64,000 nucleotides of DNA from Haliotis rubra (Eukaryota): assembly GCF_003918875.1 (NCBI RefSeq), contig NW_025766983.1, positions 1,116,001-1,180,000 on the forward strand. The letters are read 5' to 3'. The stretch's first letter is position 1. Each line of letters begins with the position of its first letter. A program made the translations under genes and the position numbers. The notes under the pieces were generated by a model. It was not told where the DNA came from. It saw nothing but the letters and a program-made list of their open reading frames with translations, and ran no database searches. This document shows positions 34,637 to 48,239 of this stretch, in pieces.

Positions 34637-37600
34637 ATGGCTGGGACTTTGGAATGGATTAGTGCAACTGCTTTGGAGTACCGGATCACACTAATGCTGG
34701 TTTTGGCAGTGACGGTAATGGTGTATTTTATGACCCGGAAACGTTACAAGCTTCCACCGGGACCAAGTGGTCTCCCGTTGCTTGGCAATATTCTAGGTAA
34801 GCTGAACACCAAAGCAGACGGAAAATGTTAAACATATGAAGTCTTCATATTTGAAACTGTCCTGAGTTTAAGTCTGCGCGAATATTCCCTAAAATTTGAA
34901 TTTTAACTCATAATCCCAGGTTTCAAAGTTATATGCTTCTATAACTTAGAATTTTAAGTGTGGCCCTGCCCATATACGTATATATGTTTCAACGTTTACA
35001 AATAATCAGAATACATGTGTTTTGTTACATCAATTGCAGCTATACAAAACAAGTCACTGTTCCGGATGCTGATACAACTGGAAAAGAAGTACGGCCCCGT
35101 GATAACCCTTAACCTTGGTAAAGCGGCTTTGTGATTGGTTCAAATTGTTCTAAGTTTCAAGGATACAACCAATGATGTAACGACAATTAATACGATATTC
35201 TTCCATGGGTGGCACAGTCGTCTGGTGGGCCATATTTCCCTGTAAAGCATAGAGGCCTTTGTGCACGCCACTGGCTCGTGATTGTGGCTTCGAATCCTAG
35301 TTTGTCCCGATTATGTGTTTTGGTGTGTCAGTCCATAATTTTCTCAGAAATGTTTCGTTATTAGAAGTTGATAGGAATTTAAACTTATGATCATTAGGTT
35401 TTTGACAATATACAGATGGTAACTATTTGATCTAAGAGCATTTTAGACATTACAAACAAATAAAAGGTGGTGCTCATCTTCTACTCCTAAATTGCACAAT
35501 GCGTCCCGTTACATTAATATTTTGTCATTTACCTTCATTATACTTTAGTCTCAGTAATCCACATCCAAATGTAATCAATATTGTACGGAGTTTTCTGTGG
35601 ACAATACGTAATAAATATTTTTCAGGAGCTAAAACAGTTTTATATACAATATCCTGAGCATTTATTTAATAAACAAGTCCATGACTCAAAAGACCTAACA
35701 TTAACATGGTATGTTTGTCTGTTGTTTAACATCGCCCTCAGCATTATTCCAGCTACAAGACGGCGATCTGTAGGTGATCCAGCCTCAGTCAGCCTGACCA
35801 CCCGATCCCGAGTCGCCTCAAGCATGGGTTGTTAAAGATTAATTCTAACCCGAATCTTCACTGGTCCAGACTAAGGACTTCTGTTGGTCTGTGAGACCTT
35901 TATGGATTTCACCGTGCACAGGCTGTGGTCTTATAGCTGGGGTATTTTGTACTGCGACAAAATCTGTTTGGTGTTTATTATGAACGACAGTAAACATGGC
36001 TTGTTTCCCGTAGGTCCAATACGCACTGTGTTTCTCAACAACTTGGAAGTTGTGCAGGAAGCGTACGTAGGGAAGTCTGTGGACTTTGCGGGACGGCCGC
36101 AGACGTTCTCAGGTTCGTTCAATAAAAAGCATAATAAAATAATATGATAAAACCAACAAAATAACTTCTTGCAAGCACAATTTATATTTCTCATTCAACA
36201 AGCGATGGTAAACATAGCTAAAGGTTAGGTTTACCATTTCTATAAACTTTGGAAAGTACATTTGCAATCACTGTGAAGTCTTACAATGTCCACATTATCT
36301 GCGAAGATTTCACTGTTCATGTGACTATTTCAGGATTGGCTTTAACCGAGGGAGGCAAGGACATTGCTTTCACAGATTATGGACCGACGTGGCAACTCCA
36401 TCGGAAACTGGCACTGAGGGCCCTCAAGTAAGTCGAGAAACAAATGCAGAGGTTCTTATCTTACTGTATCTTATGCCTTTGTTTCTGACGGGTGCCACCG
36501 GTGGGGCAGGATGCCTTCACGTTTTCGTCAAGACCTGGTATTCTCACACATGCTCATAATATTATTAAATTTGTACAGTTGAGTCTGCATTCATCAGGGA
36601 TTTATTATGGGTGCAGAAAGGGTTTTGTCGCTTATATTTTTATGCTTATGGAAAGCCAGCCAAGAATAATGTCAATACTGAAACACTGGAGACATTTATT
36701 GGGGTGACATCGGTAAACTAGAACTATGAAAGTTTGTTTTGTAGGCACTACATGAAAGGCGAGAGGTTTCAGGACACGATAACTGAAGTTATGGAAGCTG
36801 TGACGATAGAGATGGGGACAGAGACGGGCTCGTTTGACATCTACAGCTACATCAACCTCGCCATCTTCAACATCATCAGCAAGATCTGTTTCAATGAGAA
36901 GTGAGCAACATAAATATTACTCCATATTTCTTACAGTTCAGCTGCATGGTGTTTATTTCCGGTGAAAAGAAAATGGTTTCACAATAATAACAAAATACTA
37001 TTTACCCCATGACTCATTCGGCATACATGAACTGTGATATTAGGATCGTTTAGATATATTCTCATGAAATGTTTTATGTTTGAAAAAGTATATAAAAGCT
37101 CCTCTCTGTCAGTCTTTCGTCTTCCCGTCCGCCAAATGGATCACCTTAATACACTTTTACATTTTGGACGGAACATATTGAATGTACAGATATTGCCCTT
37201 TATTCCGACATTTTTCGGCACCTGGTCAAATCTATTCCTTCTTCTTAGTATGTGGCGGTTATTTTGTGTTTTGTATGTTTCCCGATGTTTGTACCGAAGT
37301 ACTACTTGTGAAGGGATGAGCACAACCACTGCAATATGTACGTTGGCATGTATGTTGATATTTGAAGATATAACGCCCAGAAAGATCCGAATTAGACTGA
37401 CTGACTGAGTTTGGTTTTTACGCCACTTTTAGCAATATTCCATCAAAATCACGGCGGGGACACCAGAAATGGGCTTCACACATTGTACCCATGTAGGGAT
37501 TCGAACCCGGGTCTTCGGCGTGACGATCCAACGTTGGTCAGATCCGAATTAGAACTGATCTTCAGCAACATTTTCTTATCCTTAGGGGTTGACGGGATCT

Positions 37601-40600
37601 GGTGGTCAGGCCCCGCTGACCTGGTTGCCAAATAGCATCGTACCATACTTACGTTATGTTCCTCTCGTCAAACACTGGACTGTCTAGTCCAGACTTATTT
37701 TAACAGACCCTCTCCAGATAGACCTGGAGTAGTATGGATAGCGGAGTGTATTAAAAAGCCAAACAATATTTTGTTTTAGGTTTTCATCGGACAATGAAGA
37801 GTTCCTGAAAATCTGTAAGGCACTTGACATCTTCTCGCAAGAAACAGGAAATGGATTCGCGGAAGATGTATTCCCTCCTTTAAGACTTTATCCAACAGCG
37901 AAATTCAGGAAGTTCATGAAACTAAACGATGGGATACTTAAATTCATGTACAAAAGGATCAACGCACACAGAGAAACGTTTATAGCAGGTAAATATTCTG
38001 AGCATCATGAGCGTCGAACTACGCAATTTGGATACAATGACATGCATCAACCAAGTCCGCGAGCCTGACCACCCGTATCCTGTTAGGCGCCTTTTACGAC
38101 AAGCGTATGGGTTATTGAAGACCGATTCTAACCCGGATCTTCACCGGTCTCAAAAGAGTTACCACGTACCAGTTCTTGTATCTATCCGCGTTTAATCGAT
38201 TAAACTCGACGTCTTTAGAGCAAGACACCTTGTGTCAAGTGGCTACTACAGCTTCGTGAATTAAGCTCCACTTCAATGTAGAACTTTTCTCTCGCACCAT
38301 CGCTTATGTAATTCAATAATATTGTCCGTCACACAAGATCAGCTGTTGTATCTCGTCTACAATGGTCTGTATGTTGTATAACGTCGCTCTTAGGAAAATG
38401 AGGATGCGGGCTTGTATATAATCTAGACTTGTCCTGACTCTACCGTGGTTGATCGATGTTGCGATTGACGAATCCCGGCACAGGGTTACTATGACACGCA
38501 ATCAACAAGGTCTCCCAGTCTGACCACCAGATCACCAAAGTCACCTCTTACAACAAGCACGAGTTGTTTTGGGCCTATAATAATATCCTCGGGAGAACTT
38601 TCAAATTCATTGACATCTCATGAAAATAATTCACGAGCTACTTGTATTTACCGTATGTTTTCCCATAATGATCTGTGACATTAATGGCATCGTATTTTCA
38701 CAGTTTCGAGATGGTTTTATTGCCTTTGGAATAGTAAAATGTACGACAAATGTTAACGTGACAAAGTCCCATCACAAAGGACCTTCAAAATGTCTCGCGT
38801 CCATAATCCAAAACTAATGCATTTCCATGCAGCGGAAAACAAGCGAACTGTTTCGTGCAAAATATCTCGCGATTATTTAATAACTTCGTATGTTTTATCG
38901 CTTACTTACAAAAGCAGTATGCGAATTGGAAGAAACGTGTTATTGCAATTAAATCATTATTACTGTACCAAATGCGAATATACAATTAAGTCAACATCGG
39001 AGAGTGCGGGAATGTTGGTCGGATCAGTCTGCCAATTTTAAAGTTAAAACGTGAACAATTGATGCCAGATATTCTTAGCAGCACTGGATGGTGGATAGAG
39101 GGTGTGCAATATGTATCATAATGCAGATCTTATCCGGAATCAGATTCCAAGTAACTTCTCATTCCATATCAGCGCAGGGATGAACATCTGAAAGAACTGA
39201 CTGGTGGTACTGTCCACAAATGAAAATTCCCCATTACTGAGGCTGTAATACCCTGAATCCGGCTTCCCAGTGGGTGGGAAGACCATCCATATATTCACAC
39301 TCTTGTCTGAAGAAAATAATTTGATAACCACTTAAACCTACATCACATGATGATATATCTGTGTCTATCTGAAAACATTCGTTAGAGTGATTCCCTGCTT
39401 TGAGAAGATTTGAGTCAAGGCCACTGTACAGGTTTTTAACGAATGGTTTACTTTACAGGTATCAATGTTTCTAAAACCACGCATGCCTCATAAAATATCA
39501 ATTTCCTTTTGTAAAACATTGAGCTTGTGTCAATAAGTGTTGCCCTTTACCAAGACTTGGTTTTTCAGATGCACAACGTGACTTCACAGACGCCATGTTG
39601 ATTGCCCAGAAAGAGGCAGAGGAGGAAGAAGACCAGGAGCTGCTAGACCAGATCACCAACACGCATCTCGGCCAGACAGTAGCGGATGTTTTCACAGGTA
39701 ATCAAAACACATATGAAGCTTTTCAAAAGCATCGCGAGAAACTAGGAAGTACGCTACTACTTGAAACAAATATCTTTGAAACATATCGGTAAATTGATCA
39801 GACACAATTATAATAATGTTTGTCAATATAGAATTATGTATCTTCAAGATCGAACGTAACTATATACACAGATATTTAAATTGTGAATATTAAATTCCCA
39901 CTTTGGTTTACATTTTGTTTACCGTTATTTACGATATAAACTTTCACCTGACAGCGGGCTTGGACACGTCTCGACAGACTCTGTATTGGACAGTCCTGTT
40001 CCTTGCAGCCCACCCGGAAGTACAAGCGAAACTCCATGCGGAAGTGGACAGGGTGCTGGGTAGGAAAACCTTCAGAATTCAAATCATTTTCTGTCAGTGC
40101 CATTTTCAAATTTAAGTTTGCCAAGTTTATCACAGGCATTTAGACAGCATTTGACATCGATGCTGAAGGATACAGTATCTACGCCACGCCACGCCACGCC
40201 ACGCCACGCCACGCCACGCCACGCCACGGGTTTTTGTAGCCCTACAACTTTGTAGCGCCTGGTCGCCTTGTTACTTGCAGTGTAACTGATACTCAATCTG
40301 GAGTAACGCATTTACGACATTTTGTACATCAGGACGTCTGTTTTCGTTGATGTATCGCAATACAACCGGCAAAAACCCTTTAAATAATGATGATGCAATA
40401 TTTGTAAGATTCCAACAACATCATGAGGTTTTATTGAATCAGTCAAATAGACACGCATTCTGTATCACCGGTCACAAACACATGAACAGGCAAGTCATGC
40501 ACTTGAAGGAAAAAAACCACACAGAATTATCATGGTTTATGGAATTGCATTGTACTTTATTTTTGTCACTGACTTTAAAATATTCTCGTCATGTCTACCA

Positions 40601-42138
40601 GAGCCTCCTTCAAATTGTAATTGTAATAGAAAAAGCCTTGTCGATTGCACTTTCAAAGGTTGTCAAACTTAAAGCCAAAATCCAACTGAAGTAATACAAT
40701 TGCCAAAATTTGATTTCAACGGCACCAAAAACTGGATTTCACATCTCGTATATTGGGTGTGCATTGCGCGTGATGACCGGATTTGCGGGTAAACACGGAT
40801 ACGGACAAACTTCGACGATCATTTAAATGAAGCTGCCTGTTACAAAACATTATCCAGTTGTAATCAGGTGCTGATTTTCAACTCCTTTGTAAATACCATT
40901 GTAAACAATCACCCTTCTTTGTATTTGTAATGAATCTATCTCTGCTATTTGAAAAGTGACATCTTGCTTTGGTGAAGCCGAACATATTTGTGATAAATAC
41001 CTGATTTGTATTTACTGAATTTGTATCTACTGCTACGACTCGAATTTGGTCAACTAAGATTGCCAATTGTAACCTGTAAATGCATTAGGTGTTCAACTAG
41101 TCCTAGTCGTTTAGAAGTATAAACTGTCAGTAAGGACTGTTTCTAAACAATTTTCATTCACAGGTGAGCGGCGAGTACCGATGCTGTCCGAGCGACACAA
41201 GCTGCCGTACACCGAAGCCGTGCTCTATGAGAGTATGCGGAAAGGGACAGTGGCGCCTCTGGGTCTCCCCCACTCAACCACTTGTGATACAACTGTCGGT
41301 AAGACGGGAGCAGACTGTATGTTAGTCTTTGACTTAACGGCTACGTTTAATATCAGCATTTAAGATTTGCCCTATTATTTGGGTCTGTATATATTGGCAG
41401 TAACATAGTACTGATTGGTCATGGTGATGATATTTACAATATGTTCCTCTTAAGGGCACCACAGTTAGAACTGAAAAAGGACAGAATTATTCACACATGA
41501 ACTGTCCAGGATCAACAAACCGAAGGATCGAACCTCGGACTTGTCCGGATTATGATCCCCTTAGTTTGCTAGTCCGAGACTTACGGATTTCTGCAAGTAA
41601 CATATCTCATTTCGTACATAAACTGAAATAGTGTTCCAAGCTCCTCACTCACCCACCTGCCCTAAACCCACCCAGCCACCCGCTCACTCACTTACCCAAA
41701 ATCCAACCCCCAACCCACTCACTCACTCAGTCGCTCACACTTTTCATCTTTTTTTAAAATTTGTTTTTCTTTTCGACATATTTTCGCAGCTGGCTACGAG
41801 ATTCCAAAGGGACGATGGTGTTTGCCAACATCTTCGCTATCCACCATGATCCAAGACACTGGAAGGAACCGGAAGTGTTTAATCCCGAACGTTTCCTAGA
41901 CGATTCCGGAAGGTTTGCACCGAAGTCAGAAAGTTGGATGCCTTTCTCTGTCGGCAAGAGGGCGTGTATGGCGGAAGCTTTGGCCAAACCGGAACTGCAT
42001 GTTGTCTTGGCCTCGCTCATGAGGTGTTTTGAGATTCGACTGCCGGACGGAGTGACCCCTGACCTTGAACCGGACGAAGGAAGCTTTTCATTTACGCCTA
42101 AGCGCTATCAGGTTGTCGTCAAAAACAGATTTGCATGA
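34637..42138 (+). CDS. Cytochrome P450, clan 2 (CYP17A1-like), 10 exons, ~504 aa (CYP-B); one 1-bp frameshift in the last exon
   Basis: Exons 34637-34796, 35040-35117, 36014-36112, 36334-36427, 36745-36900, 37780-37988, 39569-39697, 39955-40059, 41164-41298, 41790-42138; PPGP, GKDIAF, WQLHR, AGLDTS, ESMR, PERF, FSVGKRACMA; one base missing in AAAGGG at 41806-41811. Confidence 0.92.
37397..37539 (-). mobile_element. SINE family A inserted into a family B SINE
   Basis: 14-bp TSD AGATCCGAATTAGA at 37383-37396 and 37540-37553; the flanks are the two halves of a degenerate family B copy. Confidence 0.85.
38003..38150 (-). mobile_element. SINE family B fragment
   Basis: Reverse complement of ACCCGTGAAGATCCGGGTTAGAA..TTGTCGTAAAAGGCG. 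Confidence 0.7.
40180..40227. repeat. (ACGCC)n pentanucleotide microsatellite
   Basis: Direct reading. Confidence 0.9.
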
Positions 42139-42344
42139 GATTGGAAGATGTGACAATCCAGGTGATGTCCATGTGTACGTGGAGTACTAATTTTACACAT
42201 AACTGAATTATGCTGCTAATATATGTTGTCAGCTTACGTAAGAATAATTTGGTAGAAAGTAATGGTTGATGGAAACATTTTCCCTAGCATACATTAGTTA
42301 TCCATCTTTAAATATAAAAATATGTGTGCTTTGTCATATCTAGC

Positions 42345-43030
42345 TCGTCTGTAAATCGTCGCCTCCAGCTATGTGATTTCATAATCACCTTTTGCCATGT
42401 GGTTCTATCGTTACCTCTTACCATGTGTTCCATCGTCACCTATAGCCATGTGATTCCGTCGTCACCTTTAGACATGTGATTCTATCATCGTCTCTAGCCT
42501 AGCCATGTGGTTCCATTGTCACCTCCAGCCACGTGGCTCTATCTTCTCCTCCAGCCATGTGGTTCTATCGTCTCCTCCAGCCATGTGGCTCTATCGTCTC
42601 CTCCAGCCATGTGGCTCTATCGTCTCCTCCAGCCATGGGGCTCTATCGTCTCCTCAAGCCACGTGGCTCTATCTTCTCCTCCAGCCATGTGGCTCTATCG
42701 TCTCCTCCAGCCATGTGGCTCTATCGTCTGCTCCAGCCATGTGGCTCTATCGTCTCTCTATCGTCCTCCAGCCACGTGGCTCTATCGTCTCCGCAAGCCA
42801 CGTGGCTCTATCGTCTCCGCAAGCCACGTGGCTCTATCTTCTCCTCCAGCCATGTGGCTCTATCGTCTGCTCCAGCCACGTGGCTCTATCGTCACCCTAC
42901 AGCCGTGTGGCGCTACCGTCTCCTCCAACCATGTGGCTCTATAGTTTCTTCCAGCCATGTGTCTCTATCGTCTCCTCCAGCCATCCATGTGACTCTATCG
43001 TCTCCTCCAGCCATGTGGCTCTATCGTCGC
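42345..43030. repeat. 26-bp minisatellite (CTCCAGCCATGTGGCTCTATCGTCTC)n, degenerate at the left edge
   Basis: Direct reading; explains ORFs 42505-43122. Confidence 0.95.
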
Positions 43031-43218
43031 CCTTAATCATCTGTTTTCCAGATCAAATGCTATCACCAAACATCACGCCATATGACGTTCAATATGACTC
43101 TGGAATTTCGTTGCATGGTTGAAATTTCATTCACACGTATTCTCTTTATTAAGGCAAACAGAAATATGCATGATATATACTGAAGTCACTAAAAGGTGTG
43201 TCACCTCCATTTACTTGT

Positions 43219-43853
43219 GACCGCCTCCGTGGTGTAGTGGTTAGAGCGTCCGCCCGGAAAGCGCAAGGTCGTGGGTTCGATCCCCGACCGCGTCATACCA
43301 AAAGACGTTAAAATATGGTACTTGTTGGTCCCTGCCTGGCGCTCGGCATTAATTGGTACAACAAGGACTGGTCGGCTCGGAGTCAGTATAATGTGTCTGA
43401 GTGGGGTATTCATGCTTCACTGCGGCATGGTATCTCAGTGGGCTAGGACTATAAAGCCAGCTTCAGTCTGGGCTAGTACAAGCAGCCGCACCTACACATA
43501 CACACGCATGCACGTCGTCATATGAGCGAAAATTTCTCAAGCACGACGTAGAACCCAATTTCACCTCACCTCACCTCATTGAGCTCGGAAGACGAGGTGC
43601 ATTGGTTGCATTTAACACTGTACATACCGTGTTCACAGCAATAAAGCTTACTCCTCAGAATAGAGACGTCCCTTTCTTATTGATCCTTAATTGTCATTTG
43701 TTCAAATTGTGTGTAAGTAATCCGGAGCAAGCATTTTAGTATTCAATGTGTATTCACTACATGCAACACTACATGTAACAATTGGCTTCAGCCGATATAA
43801 CTAGCACTAGGCTACAATTTTTTCACCTTTTTCACCAATTTCACCTCACCTCA
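43219..43853 (+). mobile_element. tRNA-head SINE (third family) plus ~260 bp extra 3' segment, inside one TSD
   Basis: A-box TGGTGTAGTGG, B-box GGTTCGATCCC, GTCATACCAAAAGAC body, (TCACC)n tail; 12-bp TSD CCATTTACTTGT at 43207-43218 and 43854-43865. Confidence 0.85.
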
Positions 43854-44089
43854 CCATTTACTTGTATGCATGTTTCACCTGTCCCCTGGTACTAAATGGT
43901 ATGTGGTTCTGTGTGGAAAGTATGTATTTCTTAAGTGTACTACTGTTTAATGGACAGAACAATCAATGTGTCTATTTCCCTTTGGAATCTCTGTAAGTGC
44001 TTATATCTGCATCTCTATGTACTTTTGACTGTCATTTTGTACTACATTTTCTAAAAATATCTTGTAATAAAAATCTACCTAAACCTGGA

Positions 44090-46103
44090 GAGGTTTCCTA
44101 TTCCTTGAAGTAATTCTTCCTTGGGTACTCTAGCATTTTTTCACCGAAAACATGTCTAATGGCCGTGCAAAGAGTCTTTAATTTAAAAAAATAATAATTT
44201 AACAACAAACTTAATTTTGTTGATGCGGTATGCAGTGGTGAGCGTATCACCCCCTTTTATGAATAATGATATACAAAGGCCATGACATACTCAATACAAG
44301 ATCACTTGGTGAGGGAGGCATGGCCCTGCCTACTGGAGAGAACCGACTGACCGAAGCAAGCACGCTCTCTCGAGCTTAGGTCATGTTGGTAATGCCTGAT
44401 GAATGTACTCGGTCGGCTCCAAATAGCCGCTGAGCAGATCTCTTCAATGGGCAGGGCAGCTGCGAACGCCTTAGAGGTAGCGACAGCCCTGACCGAGTGA
44501 GCTTTCAACCCCTCAGGGGGAGGCCTACCCCTAAAGTTGTAGGCCGTACAATTTGCAGAGACGAGCCAGCGGGAAATAGTTTGCTTATTGGCTGGCTCGC
44601 CAACCTTCCCTCCGCCATAGCAGCAAAACAATTGAGACCCCTTGCGGATTTCCTTTGTTCTCTTTATGTAGGCATGGAGAACCTGGCGAACATCCAGCGA
44701 GTGAGAGCTCGTTGGAGAGGATCCCGAGGTAGAAGGATGTGTGAAAGCAGGAAGCTCAATAGGAGCTGTCACATGGAAGGTATGAGCAACCTTAGGACGA
44801 TAAGTATCCGGGAGGCGAATGCTTACTCTGTCTTTGTGGAAAACAGTAAGCGCTGGGTCTGCAGACATAGCATGTATGTCACCCACCCTTCTACCAGAAG
44901 TCACCGCCACAAGGAAAGCATTTTCCATGTTAGCAGCTGGAGTGAAAGAGAAGAAAAGGAAGGATCGGAGAGCCAATCTAAAACGATTGTCGAGTCCCAA
45001 GGGGGACTTGTACCTCTTGTAGTAGGGCGCACTCTATCCACTCCCGCTAGAAAGTGCTGTACAAGAGGGTGCTGTCCCAGAAGAGCACCATCGACAGGGA
45101 TGTGAAAGGTAGAAATAGCCGTGGAGTACCCTCGAATAGTCGAGGCCGACAAACCATCGTTCAGACGGGACTGAAGGAACTCCAATACTGTGACTAGATC
45201 TGCAGAAAAGGGATCTGGAAACCCTCTGTTGTCACACCAGCGCGCATAACGGGCCCATCTATCCTCATACTGAACGTTTGTCGAACCCCTCCTCGAAGCC
45301 AGAATTGTGTCTGCAACTGGTGTAGGAATTCCACGTGCCTCGAGTTGAGACCTGACAGAGGCCAAGCCACCCATTGAATGTGGGGATTCGGGTGTGGCGC
45401 TTCGTTCTGAGTTAGAAGGTCCGGTCGAAAAGGTAATAGAACAGGAGGCTGAGCCAGAAACCTGAGAATTACAGGAAACCAGCTCTGGGACGGCCAAAGG
45501 GGTGCGAGGAGCACAAGAAACCGAGCTGGCTGGGTGGAAATCTGAGACGGGACCCTGGGGACTAACGGTAGGGGCGGGAAAGCCCACAGTATCTTGCCCG
45601 TCCAATCCAGTGCAAAGGCGTCGGAAGCTAACGCCCTTGGGTCTGGGATCCGAGAGCAGAACACAGGAATCTGATTTGTCCCCCCAGACGCAAACAGATC
45701 CACCTGGAACGGTCCGTACAACTGGGAAATAACCCTGAATGTCCTTCGATTGAGCATCCACTCGTGTGGGGCTAGGATTCGCCTTGACAGGGCATCTGCT
45801 CGGACATTCTCCAGCCCGGAAGGTACACTGGGATCACAGACACGTTGTACCGGTCGCACCAAAGTAGGAACTGCCATGCCTCCGCGAGTGAGCGGGCCAG
45901 ACACAGTGTCACCTTGCTTCCAGGATACACGTCATTGCCGTCTGGTTGTCCATTTCTAGACGAACCGTCTGGTTCTGAACATGGTCCTTGAAGCTCTCGA
46001 AAACCAGCCTGACTGCTCTCAGTTGACTGCCCAGAACACACACACACCAGCCGGAAAGGGACGCATCTGTCTGAACTGAGAGAGATGGGGTCGAGGCCTT
46101 CAG
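44090..46103 (-). mobile_element. DIRS1-like tyrosine-recombinase retrotransposon, 5'-truncated
   Basis: RNase H end (ENVRADALSR), DIRS methyltransferase-like segment (DLFAS, DAFALDW, AFPP, APLWP), recombinase N-domain (STNVQYEDRW..ARWC) and catalytic motifs GRRVGD, HSVR, W..STFIRHY; RT absent; frameshifts. Confidence 0.9.
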
Positions 46104-46336
46104 TTGTTGGCGATCTATAGCCTGCTTTTATATTGTATTGTCCAAATAGTGCGATCAGTTTTAACTTTCCACACTAGTTTTAGTTGTAACTGTGATATTC
46201 TAGTTGTTTTACTGTCCTTCGTCGACAGGTTTTTTATAATATACATATATTCCATTTCATTGTCAAATATGTTCTCGTCACGATATTGCTCAGATATTGC
46301 CGATGTGACGTTGAATATTAACTCTCTCACTCACTA
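46104..46336 (+). mobile_element. 3' terminus of retroposon family C (probable LINE 3' UTR)
   Basis: Homologous to 1635-1810 (TTTTACTGTCCTTCGTCG.CAGG..TGTTCTCGTCACGATAT..ATATTGCCGATGTGACGTT..CTCACTCAC). Confidence 0.7.
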
Positions 46337-46461
46337 TATTTCAGACATAAGCAGTTTATCATAGGACTAGTTTTTTTTTACTAGATATTCGATTTGCATA
46401 TCCTATTTACCGTTGCTTTGAAACCATAGACCTAAATGTTTATGATAGTCAACTTCTTTAA

Positions 46462-47526
46462 AGGTCACATGCAACGTAAAAAACATAACTTTGCAGATTC
46501 TTATACCTTTCGGTATGGACTTACCGAAACAAATTTTCAAAAATGCAAATTCAACTTATAAAGTTGAAAAATAACGCGATGAAAAAAAACGCGCGAAATC
46601 GGAGTTCAAACGTTTCACTAATTTTCCCCCGACTTTTCTGGGGAAAACAGGTTTCAACAGCTGGGCTGCGCTTATAGCACGTGCGCAGTGAGGTAGGTTC
46701 GCGCAGTTTGGGAGCGGTTGTCCGGTGAATACTCGGTGAAGGCTTTGGTGTGAGCTATTTTTCTAATGTTTTGTTGATATCTCACAGGCGTGAGCTTTTT
46801 ATATGTTATGACAGTAAATTAACTGTTTATATAATTTCATTTGTCTATTTCACCACACGTTCTTCTTACCGAGTCACTTTCTCAGTTCGATACTTAAAAG
46901 CAATGCCATTATTTAGCGTTGACAGAATTTCCAACTGTGATATAGATATGTCGTTGTCACAGACTAAACTCAATGGGTTTTTTTATTGACACCTGTGTGT
47001 CTGCCTGCCTGTCTGCTAATGACAATATTCAATACACAGCTGCTATCACTGACCACATGCAATTTGAACTTAACACCAATCAGGCTATACACCATAAACA
47101 AAATGCATTGATTTATGGCCCGAGTTCGGTCTCTGTCACATTATGTAATTACACAGACAGGCAGGTGTGATACTTGAACACATGACATGTTATGATGTCT
47201 GTTGATTGCAAAATGTTATACCCAAAAAATGAGCATGTATTTACAAAACCCAACATCTCTATATATACACACACAATCAGCCGTGAGGGCATCTGCAAAT
47301 GAACCAGCCGTTACACTTGAGTGCACACCCACCCGCTCTGACTGGGTTCGGTATCCCGGCTGCTTCGTTTCTTGGGAAGTAAACCGAAGTACAATAATAT
47401 TGCACTTTTGATTTGCGATTGTACGCTTATAATTTTGTTTATATGTTTTTCATAACCAGCAATGTTTTTATGTCATGAATAATAATTGTGTTTTAATTAT
47501 GTTTGATTTTTGGTTGCATGCAATTT
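46462..47526. mobile_element. Possible Kolobok-type non-autonomous DNA transposon
   Basis: TTAA|AGGTCACATGCAAC left end and GTTGCATG-containing degenerate right end; right TSD not clean. Confidence 0.4.
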
Positions 47527-47779
47527 ACGTCATATCATTAAATCTGTTTTAGCACTAGGCATTACTTTTTATGAATAACATAGCCGCTGATTTTCAATTA
47601 CCTGTCATTCCTTTGTTCAGAAAGATTAATCATTGTTCAATGTTCTTGTTTCAGCGGGGTTACCTATGATTATGTAAAGGGAGGTATCTTCAATAAATAA
47701 ACGCATGTTGCTTGAGATACCATCAAGTAAATAATTAAAAGTGGAACATAAAGGGACCCAGTGCGGAGCCTTGGCCTAC

Positions 47780-48130
47780 ATTATCTCCTTCGTCATCCAA
47801 CTTAGTCTATCCACCTATCCATCAGGCGTCATCCACCTAGGTGTACATTATCTCAGGCGTCATCCACCTAGGTGTACATTATCTCCTTCGTCACCCAACT
47901 TAGTCTACATCAGGCGTCATCCACCTAGGTGTACATTATCTCAGGCGTCATCCACCTAGGTGTACATTATCTCGGGCGTCATCCACTTAGGTGTACATTA
48001 TCTCAGGCGTCATCCACCTAGGTGTACATTATTTCAGGCGTCATCCACCTAGGTGTACATTATCTCCTTCGTCACCCAACTTAGTCTACATCAGGCGTCA
48101 TCCACCTAGGTGTACATTATCTCAGGCCTC
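47780..48130. repeat. 31-bp minisatellite with interspersed variant units
   Basis: CAGGCGTCATCCACCTAGGTGTACATTATCT repeats alternate with CCTTCGTCACCCAACTTAGTCTACAT units. Confidence 0.9.
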
Positions 48131-48239
48131 ATCAAAGTAGGTCTTCATTATCTTATTCGCGATCAAGCTAGGCGTACATAAACTCGGTCCATCATATAGA
48201 TTAACGATGATCGCTGAGAAGAAGGAAGAATGTGTGATG

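Noticed and set aside
40133-41088. Possible hAT-like element in CYP-B intron 8
   Set aside because: Only weak terminal complementarity and no identifiable TSD.
41801-41815. Programmed ribosomal frameshift at CCAAAGGG in CYP-B or GAGAAAAT in GIMAP-B
   Set aside because: No good slippery heptamer or evident downstream structure; homopolymer deletion errors are demonstrable elsewhere in this assembly.
34637-42138. Assigning the symbol CYP17A1
   Set aside because: Motifs resemble CYP17A1, but molluscs have expanded CYP17-like clan-2 families; orthology needs a phylogeny.
44497-45105. 202-aa plus-strand ORF
   Set aside because: Antisense shadow of the DIRS recombinase; no recognisable motifs.
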